From the NCBI GenBank assembly GCA_035593865.1, contig DAOTAI010000003.1:1-35346 (forward strand): DNA of 35,346 bases. Reading direction: 5' to 3'. Source of the stretch: Acidobacteriota bacterium. Lineage in GTDB: Bacteria; Acidobacteriota; UBA6911; RPQK01. Both the position numbers and the translations under genes were made by a program. The notes below the pieces were generated by a model that saw nothing but the letters and a program-made list of their open reading frames with translations, was not told the origin of the DNA and ran no database searches. Below, piece by piece: positions 1 through 9,080 of the stretch; positions within the stretch are counted from its first letter, which is position 1, and each line of letters opens with the position of its first letter.

Positions 1-2
1 TG

Positions 3-698
3 AATCTTCGCACCCGCTGGTTAAACCGCCAGGGCGGTAACGACTTTCGACCGCCCGTCGAGGCGCATGTAAGGGTTTGGTACAACCCCGAACTGGAATC
101 AAAGAACTACATTGTTCCCGGCTTGATCGGCGTCATCCTTATGATCATCTCGGCGCTGCTCACCTCGCTTACCATTGCCCGGGAATGGGAAATGGGCACG
201 ATGGAACAGCTTCTTTCAACCCCGTTGCGCCCTGCCGAGCTGGTAATCGGGAAGATGAGCGCCTTCTTCCTGGTCGGATTCGTCGATACTCTCTTGGCGA
301 TAGGCGTGGGGATCTTTATTTTTGATGTTCCGTTTCGCGGCAATGCGATCTTCCTGATGGGCACCATCAGCATTTTTCTCTTTGGCGTGCTCTGCTGGGG
401 CATTCTGATCTCGGCGGCCACGCGGTCGCAGCTTCAGGCTTACCAGATCGGCATGATCACCTCATTTTTGCCGGCTTTTCTCCTTTCGGGTTTTGTTTAC
501 GACATCGAAAATATGCCGGCGATCATTCAGCTGATCACTCACATTGTTCCCGCACGTTACCTGGTAACGCTCTTGAAGGGGATTTTCCTGAAAGGGATAG
601 GCTTGGAAATACTCTTTCTGGAATTCGTTCTGTTGGTTGTCTATGCCGCTGTGGTCTTTTTTATCGCGACAAGGATTCTGCAGAGGAAGGTGGCCTGA
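3..698 (+). CDS. ABC-2 type transporter permease (YbhS/YbhR-like), 5' end cut by window edge
   Basis: The frame is open from nt 3 with no stop until TGA 696-698, so the track ORF 123..698 is only the Met-initiated tail. The translation RVWYNPELESKNYIVPGLIGVILMI...REWEMGTMEQLLSTPLRPAELVIGK followed by several hydrophobic helices is typical of ABC-2 permeases. It is paralogous to the next ORF. Confidence 0.88.
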   Translation, partial: NLRTRWLNRQGGNDFRPPVEAHVRVWYNPELESKNYIVPGLIGVILMIISALLTSLTIAREWEMGTMEQLLSTPLRPAELVIGKMSAFFLVGFVDTLLAIGVGIFIFDVPFRGNAIFLMGTISIFLFGVLCWGILISAATRSQLQAYQIGMITSFLPAFLLSGFVYDIENMPAIIQLITHIVPARYLVTLLKGIFLKGIGLEILFLEFVLLVVYAAVVFFIATRILQRKVA

Positions 699-700
699 CA

Positions 701-1861
701 ATGAAATGGGGAAGAGTACGGGAAATCCTTATCAAGGAACTCCGGCAAGCCCTGAGAGAGCCGCGAATGCGGGTATTGCTTTTCGTGCCGCCGATCGTGC
801 AGTTGATTGTATTCGGATTTGCGGTCGACCTGGACGTTGGCGAGAGCCGCATCGGCTGGATGGACCTGGACCGGACTCCCGCCAGCCGCGAGCTGTTGTC
901 CTCCTTTGAAGGGTCGTCGTATTTCCGTATCGCGGCCGTTCCCGCTTCCGAGGCGGAAGTGCAGGAGTTGCTCGATCGCGGTCAGGTTCGTGCCGTTATC
1001 CGGGTTCTTCCCGGTTTTGCCCGCGACCTCTCCCGGGGAAAAACGGCTACGGTGCAAATCCTGGTGGACGGCACCAATTCGAACACGGCTGCTATCGTAT
1101 CCAGCTATGCGGGCCGGGTTGTGGGCGCATACGGGCAGCGCGTTATGCTGGAGCAGTTGCGTTATCGCCAGGCGGCCAGCGCGTCCGTCATCCCGAATCC
1201 GGTGCGAATCGCGGCGCCGGCACTCGATGTGCGCAGCCGAGTTTGGTTCAACCTGAGTCTTTACAGCCGGTACTATTTCGTTCCCGGGGTCGTAGTCAAC
1301 ATCGTGGCTTTGGTGACCGTCATGCTGACAGCGATGAGCATTGTGCGGGAAAAGGAGATCGGCACGATGGAACAGTTGATGGTGACCCCTATCCGGCCGG
1401 CGGAACTGATGGTCGGCAAGCTTCTCCCGTTCGCAATGATCGGATTAATCGAGGTGGCGGTCACCACCTTGGGAGCGCTAATCGTGTTCGGTGTGCCCTT
1501 CCGGGGAAGCCCCCTGGTGCTTCTCGTCTCGGCGCTGTTGTTTCTGCTTCCGACCCTGGGGTTTGGTCTGCTCCTCTCGACCTTTTCGGAGACTCAGCAG
1601 CAGGCCATGATGGGCTCGTTTTTTTTCTTTATGCCGGCTTTCATGCTGAGCGGATTTGCTTTCCCAATCCGGAACATGCCCCTTCCGGTTCAATACCTCA
1701 CTTACCTCAACCCGATTCGCTATATGGTTGAGATAGTACGGGATCTGTTTTTGAAAGGCAGCGGGTTCAGTCTGCTTTGGCCGCAGATGGTGACACTGTT
1801 AGCGTACGGCATGGCAATCTTCACCTTTAGCGCCGTCAGGTTCCGTAAGAGACTGGATTAG
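701..1861 (+). CDS. ABC-2 type transporter permease (YbhR/YbhS-like)
   Basis: 386-aa ORF whose ATG lies 2 nt after the upstream stop. It has an N-terminal TM, a large loop, then a 5-6 TM block with REKEIGTMEQLMVTPIRPAELMVGK, the same signature as the preceding permease. The tandem paralog arrangement matches ybhS-ybhR. Confidence 0.9.
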   Translation: MKWGRVREILIKELRQALREPRMRVLLFVPPIVQLIVFGFAVDLDVGESRIGWMDLDRTPASRELLSSFEGSSYFRIAAVPASEAEVQELLDRGQVRAVIRVLPGFARDLSRGKTATVQILVDGTNSNTAAIVSSYAGRVVGAYGQRVMLEQLRYRQAASASVIPNPVRIAAPALDVRSRVWFNLSLYSRYYFVPGVVVNIVALVTVMLTAMSIVREKEIGTMEQLMVTPIRPAELMVGKLLPFAMIGLIEVAVTTLGALIVFGVPFRGSPLVLLVSALLFLLPTLGFGLLLSTFSETQQQAMMGSFFFFMPAFMLSGFAFPIRNMPLPVQYLTYLNPIRYMVEIVRDLFLKGSGFSLLWPQMVTLLAYGMAIFTFSAVRFRKRLD

Positions 1862-1893
1862 GGTGTAGTAGGGCGAGCGCCGAGCGAGTATTC

Positions 1894-1976
1894 ATCCGCG
1901 CAATCTGCGTTATCCGTTCCATCCGCGGCTGGGGTACCCGCGGATAAGACGGATAACGCGGATTACGCGGATAAAC
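1894..1976. repeat. Nested-palindrome intergenic repeat, copy A (REP-like; probable bidirectional terminator hairpin)
   Basis: Three stacked inverted-repeat pairs: ATCCGCG 1894-1900 / CGCGGAT 1966-1972; GCGTTATCCGT 1907-1917 / ACGGATAACGC 1949-1959; ATCCGCGG 1921-1928 / CCGCGGAT 1938-1945. It lies between convergent genes. The same core modules recur at 6845-6926. Confidence 0.8.
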
Positions 1977-1988
1977 ACACCTCGCTGG

Positions 1989-3212
1989 TCACAGGTCTCT
2001 GCTTCTGGGCCGCAGCTTCTCGAAGTCCGCCCCGGATATCACGTAGTACCAGTCGGCAAAACGGTTAGTCAGTTCGCGCGCCAGCCTGTTCCCATCGACT
2101 CTCACCTTGGACGCATCGCCGTCGTTGTACAAGGCGGCTCGGTCGTCGTTATAGCTGACCGTGATAAACAGATAACGCCGTTCTGCTGTCTTGTCCTCCG
2201 ATTCGGTGCCGGGCGCGCCGGGCGCTACTTCGCCGAACCGGAGGGTGTAAATTAACCCCTTCTCAGTCTCGACGATCAGTTCCCCCTCGTTTGAGAGCAG
2301 CTGACCGGTCGGAGTAACGAAAAAGCCTTTTTGGCGCAACGAGAGAATGCTGTCGAGCGAAAGCGAAAGGCCTTTTTGGGCTTTCAAATCTTTTGTCAGA
2401 GCCGGAGGTTTCGGCTGCACGTTCACAATTCGAAGGGAATCGAGAGCCGCTGTCAGCTCGTCCACCGCGGCTTTTCGGGCGGTTTTACCGCTGCTGGTGA
2501 CCCATCTGTCCTTCTCTTTGGTCAGGACTGTTCGCTCGACGTTTTCGAGTTGCCCAAGCTGTTCGTTGATGGAGTACCTGTTCACCGTTATCTTTCGGAT
2601 CTCGCTGGCGGTCAGCTTGAGCAGGTCGGTTTCAATCCAGTCCTCGAATTCAGCCGAGGGGTCGGCATCGGTTTTAACAGCATAGGTGCGCTTCTGGCCG
2701 GGGACCCTGATGTATCGGTAGCCTGGTTTTCCTTCCACCGATTTCCCGAGGATGAAATCGGCGAGCACCGCGCCTTTTTCGTCTCGCAGTGTCACTCGTT
2801 TCCCGCGACCGGTCAGGCTGGTTGCCTTCTGATCAAGGGGATCGATCACGCCCAAGGTAGCGTGATCCGCAACGGATTCCGAGCGGATGGAATCCTTTTT
2901 GAGATCCATTAATGCGGCTGCAGTCTTGGCGAGGCGGTCGCGAGCGTCGGCGGGGTAGTTATGATGGGACGGGATGCTCCAACGCCGATTCCGGAATTCC
3001 ACCTTGAACGGCCGCGCGGCGGCGGTCGTCTCGTCGTAGGCAATCACTTCCAAGGCCTTGCATGCCAGGGGATCTTTGAAGTCCGGATAAAAGTACTCTC
3101 CCTGGTCGTCGAACAGGCTCTGAGTAGCCCGCTCAGGCTCGACCCACGCGGCCGTGATGGCAAGTCCAGCCGCGAATGCGACGAAAATCAAGGTTGTCAG
3201 TTTCTCACGCAT
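1989..3212 (-). CDS. DUF4340 domain protein (accessory protein of GldG-type ABC systems), N-terminal membrane anchor
   Basis: 407-aa ORF. The N-terminus MREKLTTLIFVAFAAGLAITAAW is a signal-anchor. The rest is hydrophilic and resembles the DUF4340 proteins that follow GldG-family genes. It is the last gene of the ATPase/permease-GldG operon on the minus strand. Confidence 0.7.
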   Translation of the reverse strand: MREKLTTLIFVAFAAGLAITAAWVEPERATQSLFDDQGEYFYPDFKDPLACKALEVIAYDETTAAARPFKVEFRNRRWSIPSHHNYPADARDRLAKTAAALMDLKKDSIRSESVADHATLGVIDPLDQKATSLTGRGKRVTLRDEKGAVLADFILGKSVEGKPGYRYIRVPGQKRTYAVKTDADPSAEFEDWIETDLLKLTASEIRKITVNRYSINEQLGQLENVERTVLTKEKDRWVTSSGKTARKAAVDELTAALDSLRIVNVQPKPPALTKDLKAQKGLSLSLDSILSLRQKGFFVTPTGQLLSNEGELIVETEKGLIYTLRFGEVAPGAPGTESEDKTAERRYLFITVSYNDDRAALYNDGDASKVRVDGNRLARELTNRFADWYYVISGADFEKLRPRSRDL

Positions 3213-3269
3213 AGCGATCGACTTAGCTTTGAAAGACTTCTCATAAAACCCATTTTAGTTGTCCAGTGC

Positions 3270-5903
3270 TTATGCCTGTGGTACGGCCCCGTCACTCAAC
3301 AGTCGGCGTTCGCTGACGCCGATCCTCTCCCTTCTGAATCTCCTGAGAGAAAAGAGCAGGAATAGGGCGAAAGCGGGAATAGGAGGCAGTGCCACGGCTA
3401 ATAGTTTGATCATGTTTTGAATGCGTCGCACCGAAGCTTCCATGTTGGCCCGACTATCCTCGATCTGCCGCTGTTTTTCGTCTTCGATGTTAGCGCGCGC
3501 CACAGCCAGACGGCGGTTTTCAACGGATTCCAGGTTTTCGATCATGATCTCCCGGGTTTGCTCATCCAGATCCTCCCTTTGGCGTAGTGCCTCTACGGCC
3601 CGGTCCAGACGTTTCTGTGCTTCCTCGAGTCGCTTTGCGGCGACCGCCTCCGCATTGCGCGTCTCCGCCAACCTTTGCTCCTCGTAGACCCTGGTTCTAG
3701 CCTCGACGGCTTCCAAAGTGCGATGCCGTGGCCGCCGCTTGCGCAGAGCTATGAATGATGGATCGCCAACCAGGTAATCGACGGCATTCAGCATAAACGT
3801 GACGTTGTCAAAGTTCAGGTTTTCGATTCCGCGCTTGCGCAATTCGAAAAACTGCTCACCCAGGAGGTCGCAATCGGCCACCACGATGGCCTTGATCCCC
3901 TCCGGTCCTTCCCCCTCGACCCTTGCCGCCAGGACGTGATTGCCCTTGTCGGGCTCGTGGCTGACGTTTTGGGCCAATGAAATTCCGAAGAAAGTCTTCC
4001 GGACCAGGCTATCCCAGGGAATAAGGCCAGAGGCCGTACCGGTTTGGAGCAGCGGGATGAATTTGGTTTTAGCCTCCTTGGCAGGCGTGATCGTGCCAGG
4101 ATAGATAAGCACGACCTCTTGAAGATCTGACGAGATTGGCTCGGCGGGATTGAAGGGGGCTTCAGCGCCGTTGCCCGCGCCCACGAACACTACTTCCGGC
4201 GGAAGCTGGGCCAGTTGGGGATGAGGATTGTATTTGTCCCAACTGATGCTCGCTGTCGGCCAGGAAATGCCCAGGACTTCCAGCAAGGGAGTGATATCGG
4301 TGCGAACCTTAGGGGTCGATTGCTGAAACGGGCTGGGAGGAACGTCCTGTGGCGAGGAGTCGATGTTGAATGCTGGGAGCGGATCGAGCAGAAGCAGGAC
4401 TGGTTTGCCCTGTTTCACGTAAGTCGTCAGCCGCTCCAGCTGAGACTCGTTCAAGGTGTGGGGCAGGACAACGAAAAGAGCGTCGAGGTCGTCGGGATAC
4501 TCGGTGTCTGCGGGAACCTGGACGATTTCATATTGTTTGCGCAGTTCCGTCAAAATCGGCCATTCGTTGTCTTGCCGGTTGGTGCGAAAGTCAAATCCCC
4601 CGAAGAGCTTGACTCCCGTGTTGAGGATGCCCACCTTCTTTCGGTCGGCGCGGGAAACCACTCGGATCGACCTCATCAATTCGTACTCAACCGGGAGGCC
4701 GCGGTCGAAGAAGGGGATGACGAATTCCTCCGATCCGCAGGTAAAGGCGATCCCGAGGAAAATTTCGCGCGGAACACCGACCGTCTCCTCGGTGATGGGA
4801 ACGGGATTGGCCCTGATGTTAAAGCGTTCTTGGGCATCGCGGGCCTCTGGCGAATACTTCCTGGTCTCGTAAATTCTCTTGTGGATCGCCTCGCCCCCGA
4901 TCTCATCAAACTCCCGCAGCATTCGCACGAGGTTGGCGCGCACCTGCATGTAGGACCGAGGAACCTGGGGACTCAAATAGGCCTCGATAATCACCGGTTT
5001 TTGATGATCCAGCCCTTTTAGCAGATTGACTGTATCGGTGGATAAAGTGTGGATTTTCTCGGAAGTAACATCGATTCGCGCTGTCAGATGACTGCTTAGC
5101 AGAGTCAGGCTGGCAGCCACGATCACCAGGCACAGACCGCGAATGAAATAGTGAAGGCCAAGCCGCGGTCCTCGGCGGCCTGTCGGCCAGTGTCGTCGGC
5201 CGAGAAGGCCGATATTCAGGTACAGGAAGACGCCGGCAAAACTCAGGAAATAGACCAGGGCAGACGGCGTTACAACTCCTGCCGCGAGGTCCTGGAATTG
5301 TTCGGGAACTGATAGCCGCAGGGCGAGCAATTGCCACTGACCGGCTAAAATAACGCCGGCATCGTGGATAAAGACCGGCACTGCGCAAAAGGCGGCGCCG
5401 AGAATAAAGGCGACGGTCAGGTTGTCGGTCAGCAGCGAGGCAAACAGACCAAGCGACAGTAACGCCAGGCCCATTAACCAGTAGCCAAAGTAGGTGGATG
5501 CCAGCATTCCCAGGTCCGGGTTGCCCAGCCAGAACAGAACGACAACGTTACTCAGGGAGAAAAGCAGTGCGATCGTGTAAATCGCCAAGGCCGCCAAGTA
5601 CTTGCCGATGACGATATCGATGTCGGATGCCGGTAGTGTCAGGACCAGCTCGTCAGTTCCGTAGCGCTTTTCCTCCGCCCAGAGGCTCATGGTGATGGCC
5701 GGAACCAGGAAAACCAGGAGGTAAGGGAAAAACCGGTTTAGCTGATCGAGGTTGGCCAGATTCGCGGCGAAAAAGTCTTCCTGCCAAAAAGCCGCGATCG
5801 CGCTCAGGAAGACAAAAATGGTAATAAAGACATAGCCGGTGGGACTGCTGAAGTAGCCGAGAAGCTCGCGCTTGAAAATGGCTGAAACGACACGCCTTCT
5901 CAT
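3270..5903 (-). CDS. Fused ABC-2 permease (GldF-like, N-terminal ~240 aa) and GldG-like ABC auxiliary component, with C-terminal coiled coil and TM anchor
   Basis: 877-aa ORF. The N-terminus MRRRVVSAIFKRELLGYFSSPTGYVFI plus 6 TM helices looks GldF/ABC-2. After a further TM (LCLVIVAASLTLL) comes ARIDVTSEKIHTLSTDTVNLLKGL..PVIIEAYLS, typical of the GldG/ABC_transp_aux family. The tail is charged and heptad-like (RLEEAQKRLDRAVEALRQRE...) followed by a terminal TM. Its start overlaps the ATPase stop (ATGA at 5900-5903). Confidence 0.85.
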   Translation of the reverse strand: MRRRVVSAIFKRELLGYFSSPTGYVFITIFVFLSAIAAFWQEDFFAANLANLDQLNRFFPYLLVFLVPAITMSLWAEEKRYGTDELVLTLPASDIDIVIGKYLAALAIYTIALLFSLSNVVVLFWLGNPDLGMLASTYFGYWLMGLALLSLGLFASLLTDNLTVAFILGAAFCAVPVFIHDAGVILAGQWQLLALRLSVPEQFQDLAAGVVTPSALVYFLSFAGVFLYLNIGLLGRRHWPTGRRGPRLGLHYFIRGLCLVIVAASLTLLSSHLTARIDVTSEKIHTLSTDTVNLLKGLDHQKPVIIEAYLSPQVPRSYMQVRANLVRMLREFDEIGGEAIHKRIYETRKYSPEARDAQERFNIRANPVPITEETVGVPREIFLGIAFTCGSEEFVIPFFDRGLPVEYELMRSIRVVSRADRKKVGILNTGVKLFGGFDFRTNRQDNEWPILTELRKQYEIVQVPADTEYPDDLDALFVVLPHTLNESQLERLTTYVKQGKPVLLLLDPLPAFNIDSSPQDVPPSPFQQSTPKVRTDITPLLEVLGISWPTASISWDKYNPHPQLAQLPPEVVFVGAGNGAEAPFNPAEPISSDLQEVVLIYPGTITPAKEAKTKFIPLLQTGTASGLIPWDSLVRKTFFGISLAQNVSHEPDKGNHVLAARVEGEGPEGIKAIVVADCDLLGEQFFELRKRGIENLNFDNVTFMLNAVDYLVGDPSFIALRKRRPRHRTLEAVEARTRVYEEQRLAETRNAEAVAAKRLEEAQKRLDRAVEALRQREDLDEQTREIMIENLESVENRRLAVARANIEDEKQRQIEDSRANMEASVRRIQNMIKLLAVALPPIPAFALFLLFSLRRFRRERIGVSERRLLSDGAVPQA

Positions 5904-6679
5904 TGATGCTCCTCCATAACGGGTTCAGTCTCCGGTTGGCGGGCCGGGGGAAGACTACCAGTCAATCGGTAGAACGCGGCTTCTAGGGACGGGTCGTCGG
6001 CCAGCATGCCTTCCGGAGTTCCATTGAAAACGATGCGTCCGTCATGAATCATGATCACATGGTCGGCCACAGCTTCGACCTCCTGAAGGATGTGTGTCGA
6101 AAGCAGCACGCTTTTGGTTTTACCCAACTCACGGATGAGACCGCGTACCTCGCGGATCTGATTTGGATCCAGCCCGCTGGTGGGCTCGTCCAGAATCAGT
6201 ATGTCGGGGTCATGCAAGAGAGCCTGCGCCATGCCTAGCCGCTGGCGGTAGCCTTTGGAGAGCTTTCTAATAGTCTTGTGCAGAACCGGCTCCAGGGCGC
6301 ACTGCGTGACCACCGTATCGATGCGGTCTTTGAGAACCCTGTTGTTCATCCCGCGAGCCTCGCCCAGGAATTTCAGTAGTGACAGCGGAGTCATTTCAGG
6401 ATAGAGCGGCCCGTTTTCGGGCAAATATCCAACGCGTGCGGCGACTTCGAGACGATTCTTCGAAACCTCCATTCCTGCCAGGCGTGCGGTTCCCTCACTG
6501 GGCGCCAGGTAGCCTGTGAGGATGCGCATGGTGGTGGTCTTACCGGCGCCATTTGGACCGACGAAAGCAGCAACTTGTCCAGGAGGCACTCCGAAGCTGA
6601 CGTCCTGGATTGCAATGAACGAGCCGTAGAACTTGGACAGGCCGGAAGCCTCGATCATCAGTTCGTTGGTCGAGTCCAT
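5900..6679 (-). CDS. ABC transporter ATP-binding protein (GldA-like)
   Basis: Walker A GPNGAGKTT, ABC signature LSKGYRQRL, Walker B ILILDEPTSGLD and an H-loop STHIL. It is translationally coupled to the downstream permease. Confidence 0.95.
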   Translation of the reverse strand: MDSTNELMIEASGLSKFYGSFIAIQDVSFGVPPGQVAAFVGPNGAGKTTTMRILTGYLAPSEGTARLAGMEVSKNRLEVAARVGYLPENGPLYPEMTPLSLLKFLGEARGMNNRVLKDRIDTVVTQCALEPVLHKTIRKLSKGYRQRLGMAQALLHDPDILILDEPTSGLDPNQIREVRGLIRELGKTKSVLLSTHILQEVEAVADHVIMIHDGRIVFNGTPEGMLADDPSLEAAFYRLTGSLPPARQPETEPVMEEHQ

Positions 6680-6844
6680 AAAACGATCTGTGCTTCTCCT
6701 GTTGAAATGTTGAGGAAAATATCCTACCAGATGTGTAAAGGAAGACGAGGGAAAAGGCTCGAAACTGTTGGGATAGCCGGAAAAGCAGGAAAGTATGCCT
6801 TCGGTCGCAAGTGACTGAGAGTTGTGGAAAACTCGGTGTACCTA

Positions 6845-6926
6845 CCCGCGTTATCCGTGCTATCCGCGCCATCCGCGGGTAACCAACCCGCGGATGGAAC
6901 GGATCGTACGGATAACGCGGATAAAC
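6845..6926. repeat. Nested-palindrome intergenic repeat, copy B (REP-like; probable glgP terminator hairpin)
   Basis: GCGTTATCCGT 6848-6858 / ACGGATAACGC 6908-6918; ATCCG 6862-6866 / CGGAT 6900-6904; CATCCGCGGG 6870-6879 / CCCGCGGATG 6887-6896 with a 7-nt loop. It shares the GCGTTATCCGT, ATCCGCGG and GCGGATAAAC modules with copy A. It starts 7 nt beyond the glgP stop. Confidence 0.8.
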
Positions 6927-6932
6927 CCGCAG

Positions 6933-9080
6933 TTAAACTTCTGTCAGGCCGGGGAGCTCGGCTTCGGGCGATCGGCCCGAAACCGGATCATAGAGCCAGG
7001 CAAGGTACTGTTTCATCATTCGCCGGGAAGAAAACTGCGCAGCACTCGAACGGATGGCGTTCTTCATGATTGCGATCCAGCGGCGTGGAATTCCGTCTTC
7101 ATCCCGTTCGTAGTAGCAGGGAACAATCTCGTTCTCCAGCAGATTGTAAAGGGCCTCGGCCGATTCGGCGTCGTTCAGGTGGGTGCCGTCGATGGCCCAG
7201 CCATTGGAACCGTTGTAGCCCTCGTACCACCAGCCGTCGAGGATGCTGCAATTGGGGATTCCGTTTATGGCCGCCTTCTGGCCGCTGGTACCGCTGGCCT
7301 CTTTGGGCGGCTGTGGGTTGTTAAGCCAGACGTCCACGCCCTGAACCAGGTAGTGCGCCACATGGGTATCGTAGTCTTCAATAAAGGCCAGCCTTCCGCC
7401 GAATTCAGGAGAGCTGCAGGCCCTGAAAATCTGGGCCAGGAAGAACTTACCTGGTTCATCGGCAGGGTGCGCCTTTCCCGAAAAGAGAATTTGAACGGGC
7501 CGCAGGGGGTTGTGGAGTATTCTCTTGAGTCGCTCGCGATTTTCCAGCACGAGTGTTGCCCTTTTATAGGTGGCAAACCGTCGAGCAAACCCCACTGTGA
7601 GAGCATCTGAAGAAAGCAACGGGCCGAGCGCCAGGGTCTGCGCGGGCGACATGGCTTCCGCCATAACCCGCTGACGAGCCCGCTCCCTTACGAAATTGAG
7701 AAGCCGGTGCTTGGATCGGAGGTGAAGGGCCCAGAGTTCTTCGTCGGGGATTTCCGCCAGCCGTTCCCAGAAGTCAGGATCGTCGTGGTTGAAGACCCAT
7801 GCCGGCCCCCAGTGGCGGGTGTACATTGTCTGGAAACGTGCCGCCAGCCAGGTAGGGAGATGGACGCCGTTAGTGACGGAGATAATCGGCACTTCTTCAA
7901 CCTTGCGCTCGGGCCAGAGGAAGTGCCACATTTCGCGTGATACCACTCCATGCTTCTGGCTCACGCTATTTGTTCCTCCCGCGGTTCTGAGAGCCAGAAT
8001 CGTCATGCTGAAGGAATGGCCATCAGGAGTCTGCCCGAGTCGGAGGAAATCTTCGCGGCTAATCCTCAGTTCCTCCCAGTACCAGCGGAAGTACTCCTCC
8101 ATCATGTAGAAAGGAAACTCGTCGTGACCAGCCTTGACGGGAGTATGTGTCGTGAAGACGATCTTGCCGCGAACAGCCTGGAGAGCATCCTCAAGGCTTC
8201 CGCCGAAGTGCACGTGCTCGCGGATCAACTCCAGCGCCGCGAACGCTGCATGACCCTCGTTCAGGTGAAAGACGGTGGGTTGATAACCGAGCGCGCGCAA
8301 GACCCGCACGCCGCCCATGCCCAGAATGATTTCCTGGTGAAGACGGACTTGCTGGTCGCCGCCGTAGAGCCGGGCGGACAGGTCCCTGTCCCAGGGCTCG
8401 TTTTCTTCGATGTTGGTATCCATGAGGTAAATCGGAACTCGCCCGGCTTGCGTTTTCCAGACGGCCACCTTGACTTCACGGTTTCCCACGGGAACGGGAA
8501 CTAGAAATCGTCCGCCGTCATCAGTCAGGAGTTGGAGAATGGGCGCGTCTCTGGTGCTCAGACGCTCGTATAGAGCCAACTGATTTCCGTCGGCATCGAT
8601 CATTTGGCGGAAATAGCCTTCCGGGTACAAGGAGCCGATGGCTACGAACGGCAGGCCGAGATCGCTGGCTTCTTTGCAGGTGTCTCCCGCCAAGACCCCC
8701 AGGCCACCTGAATAGATGGGAAGTGAGCTATGAACTCCGAACTCCGCGCACAGGTAGGCGATCAGGCGATCATTCCCTTCCTTGAAGTTATCCCTGTACC
8801 AGCAGTCTTCGGCCCCAAGATAGTTATCGTAGCGGTTGATGACCGATTCGTAGAGGCTCAGGAATTCCGGGTCATCGGCGCACTGGTGCAGTCGCTCGGT
8901 ACTGGTTTCCCGCAGGACCCTGATGGCATTATGGCCGGTCCGATCCCAGAGTACAGGGTTGATCTCTCGCAGCATCCGGCGGGCGTCTCCGTTCCAGCTC
9001 CACCAGAGGTTGTATACAAAATCCTTAAGCCGGCTAATCCGATCCGGCAGACCCGGAAAATCGGGGATCTGAACTTTCAT
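6933..9080 (-). CDS. glgP: Alpha-glucan (glycogen/maltodextrin) phosphorylase, GT35 family with DUF3417-type N-terminus
   Basis: 715 aa. N-terminus LKDFVYNLWWSWNGDARRMLREINPVLW (DUF3417-like), GGLGVLAGD, and the PLP-lysine region PPKEASGTSGQKAAINGIPNCSILDGWW. Confidence 0.93.
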   Translation of the reverse strand: MKVQIPDFPGLPDRISRLKDFVYNLWWSWNGDARRMLREINPVLWDRTGHNAIRVLRETSTERLHQCADDPEFLSLYESVINRYDNYLGAEDCWYRDNFKEGNDRLIAYLCAEFGVHSSLPIYSGGLGVLAGDTCKEASDLGLPFVAIGSLYPEGYFRQMIDADGNQLALYERLSTRDAPILQLLTDDGGRFLVPVPVGNREVKVAVWKTQAGRVPIYLMDTNIEENEPWDRDLSARLYGGDQQVRLHQEIILGMGGVRVLRALGYQPTVFHLNEGHAAFAALELIREHVHFGGSLEDALQAVRGKIVFTTHTPVKAGHDEFPFYMMEEYFRWYWEELRISREDFLRLGQTPDGHSFSMTILALRTAGGTNSVSQKHGVVSREMWHFLWPERKVEEVPIISVTNGVHLPTWLAARFQTMYTRHWGPAWVFNHDDPDFWERLAEIPDEELWALHLRSKHRLLNFVRERARQRVMAEAMSPAQTLALGPLLSSDALTVGFARRFATYKRATLVLENRERLKRILHNPLRPVQILFSGKAHPADEPGKFFLAQIFRACSSPEFGGRLAFIEDYDTHVAHYLVQGVDVWLNNPQPPKEASGTSGQKAAINGIPNCSILDGWWYEGYNGSNGWAIDGTHLNDAESAEALYNLLENEIVPCYYERDEDGIPRRWIAIMKNAIRSSAAQFSSRRMMKQYLAWLYDPVSGRSPEAELPGLTEV

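Noticed and set aside
6804-6810. Fourth locus with the TTGCGAC heptamer (minus strand) upstream of the ABC ATPase gene
   Set aside because: A single 7-mer is expected by chance several times in 35 kb on two strands. Only the clustered, phased copies at 25424-25491 are treated as meaningful.
6822-8504. Several plus-strand ORFs of 80-260 aa antisense to glgP (for example 6822..7610 and 7950..8504)
   Set aside because: glgP motifs (GGLGVLAGD and the PLP-Lys region) define the minus strand as coding. The antisense ORFs are typical long shadows in GC-rich genes. The 5' part of 6822..7610 is simply the palindromic repeat read as codons.
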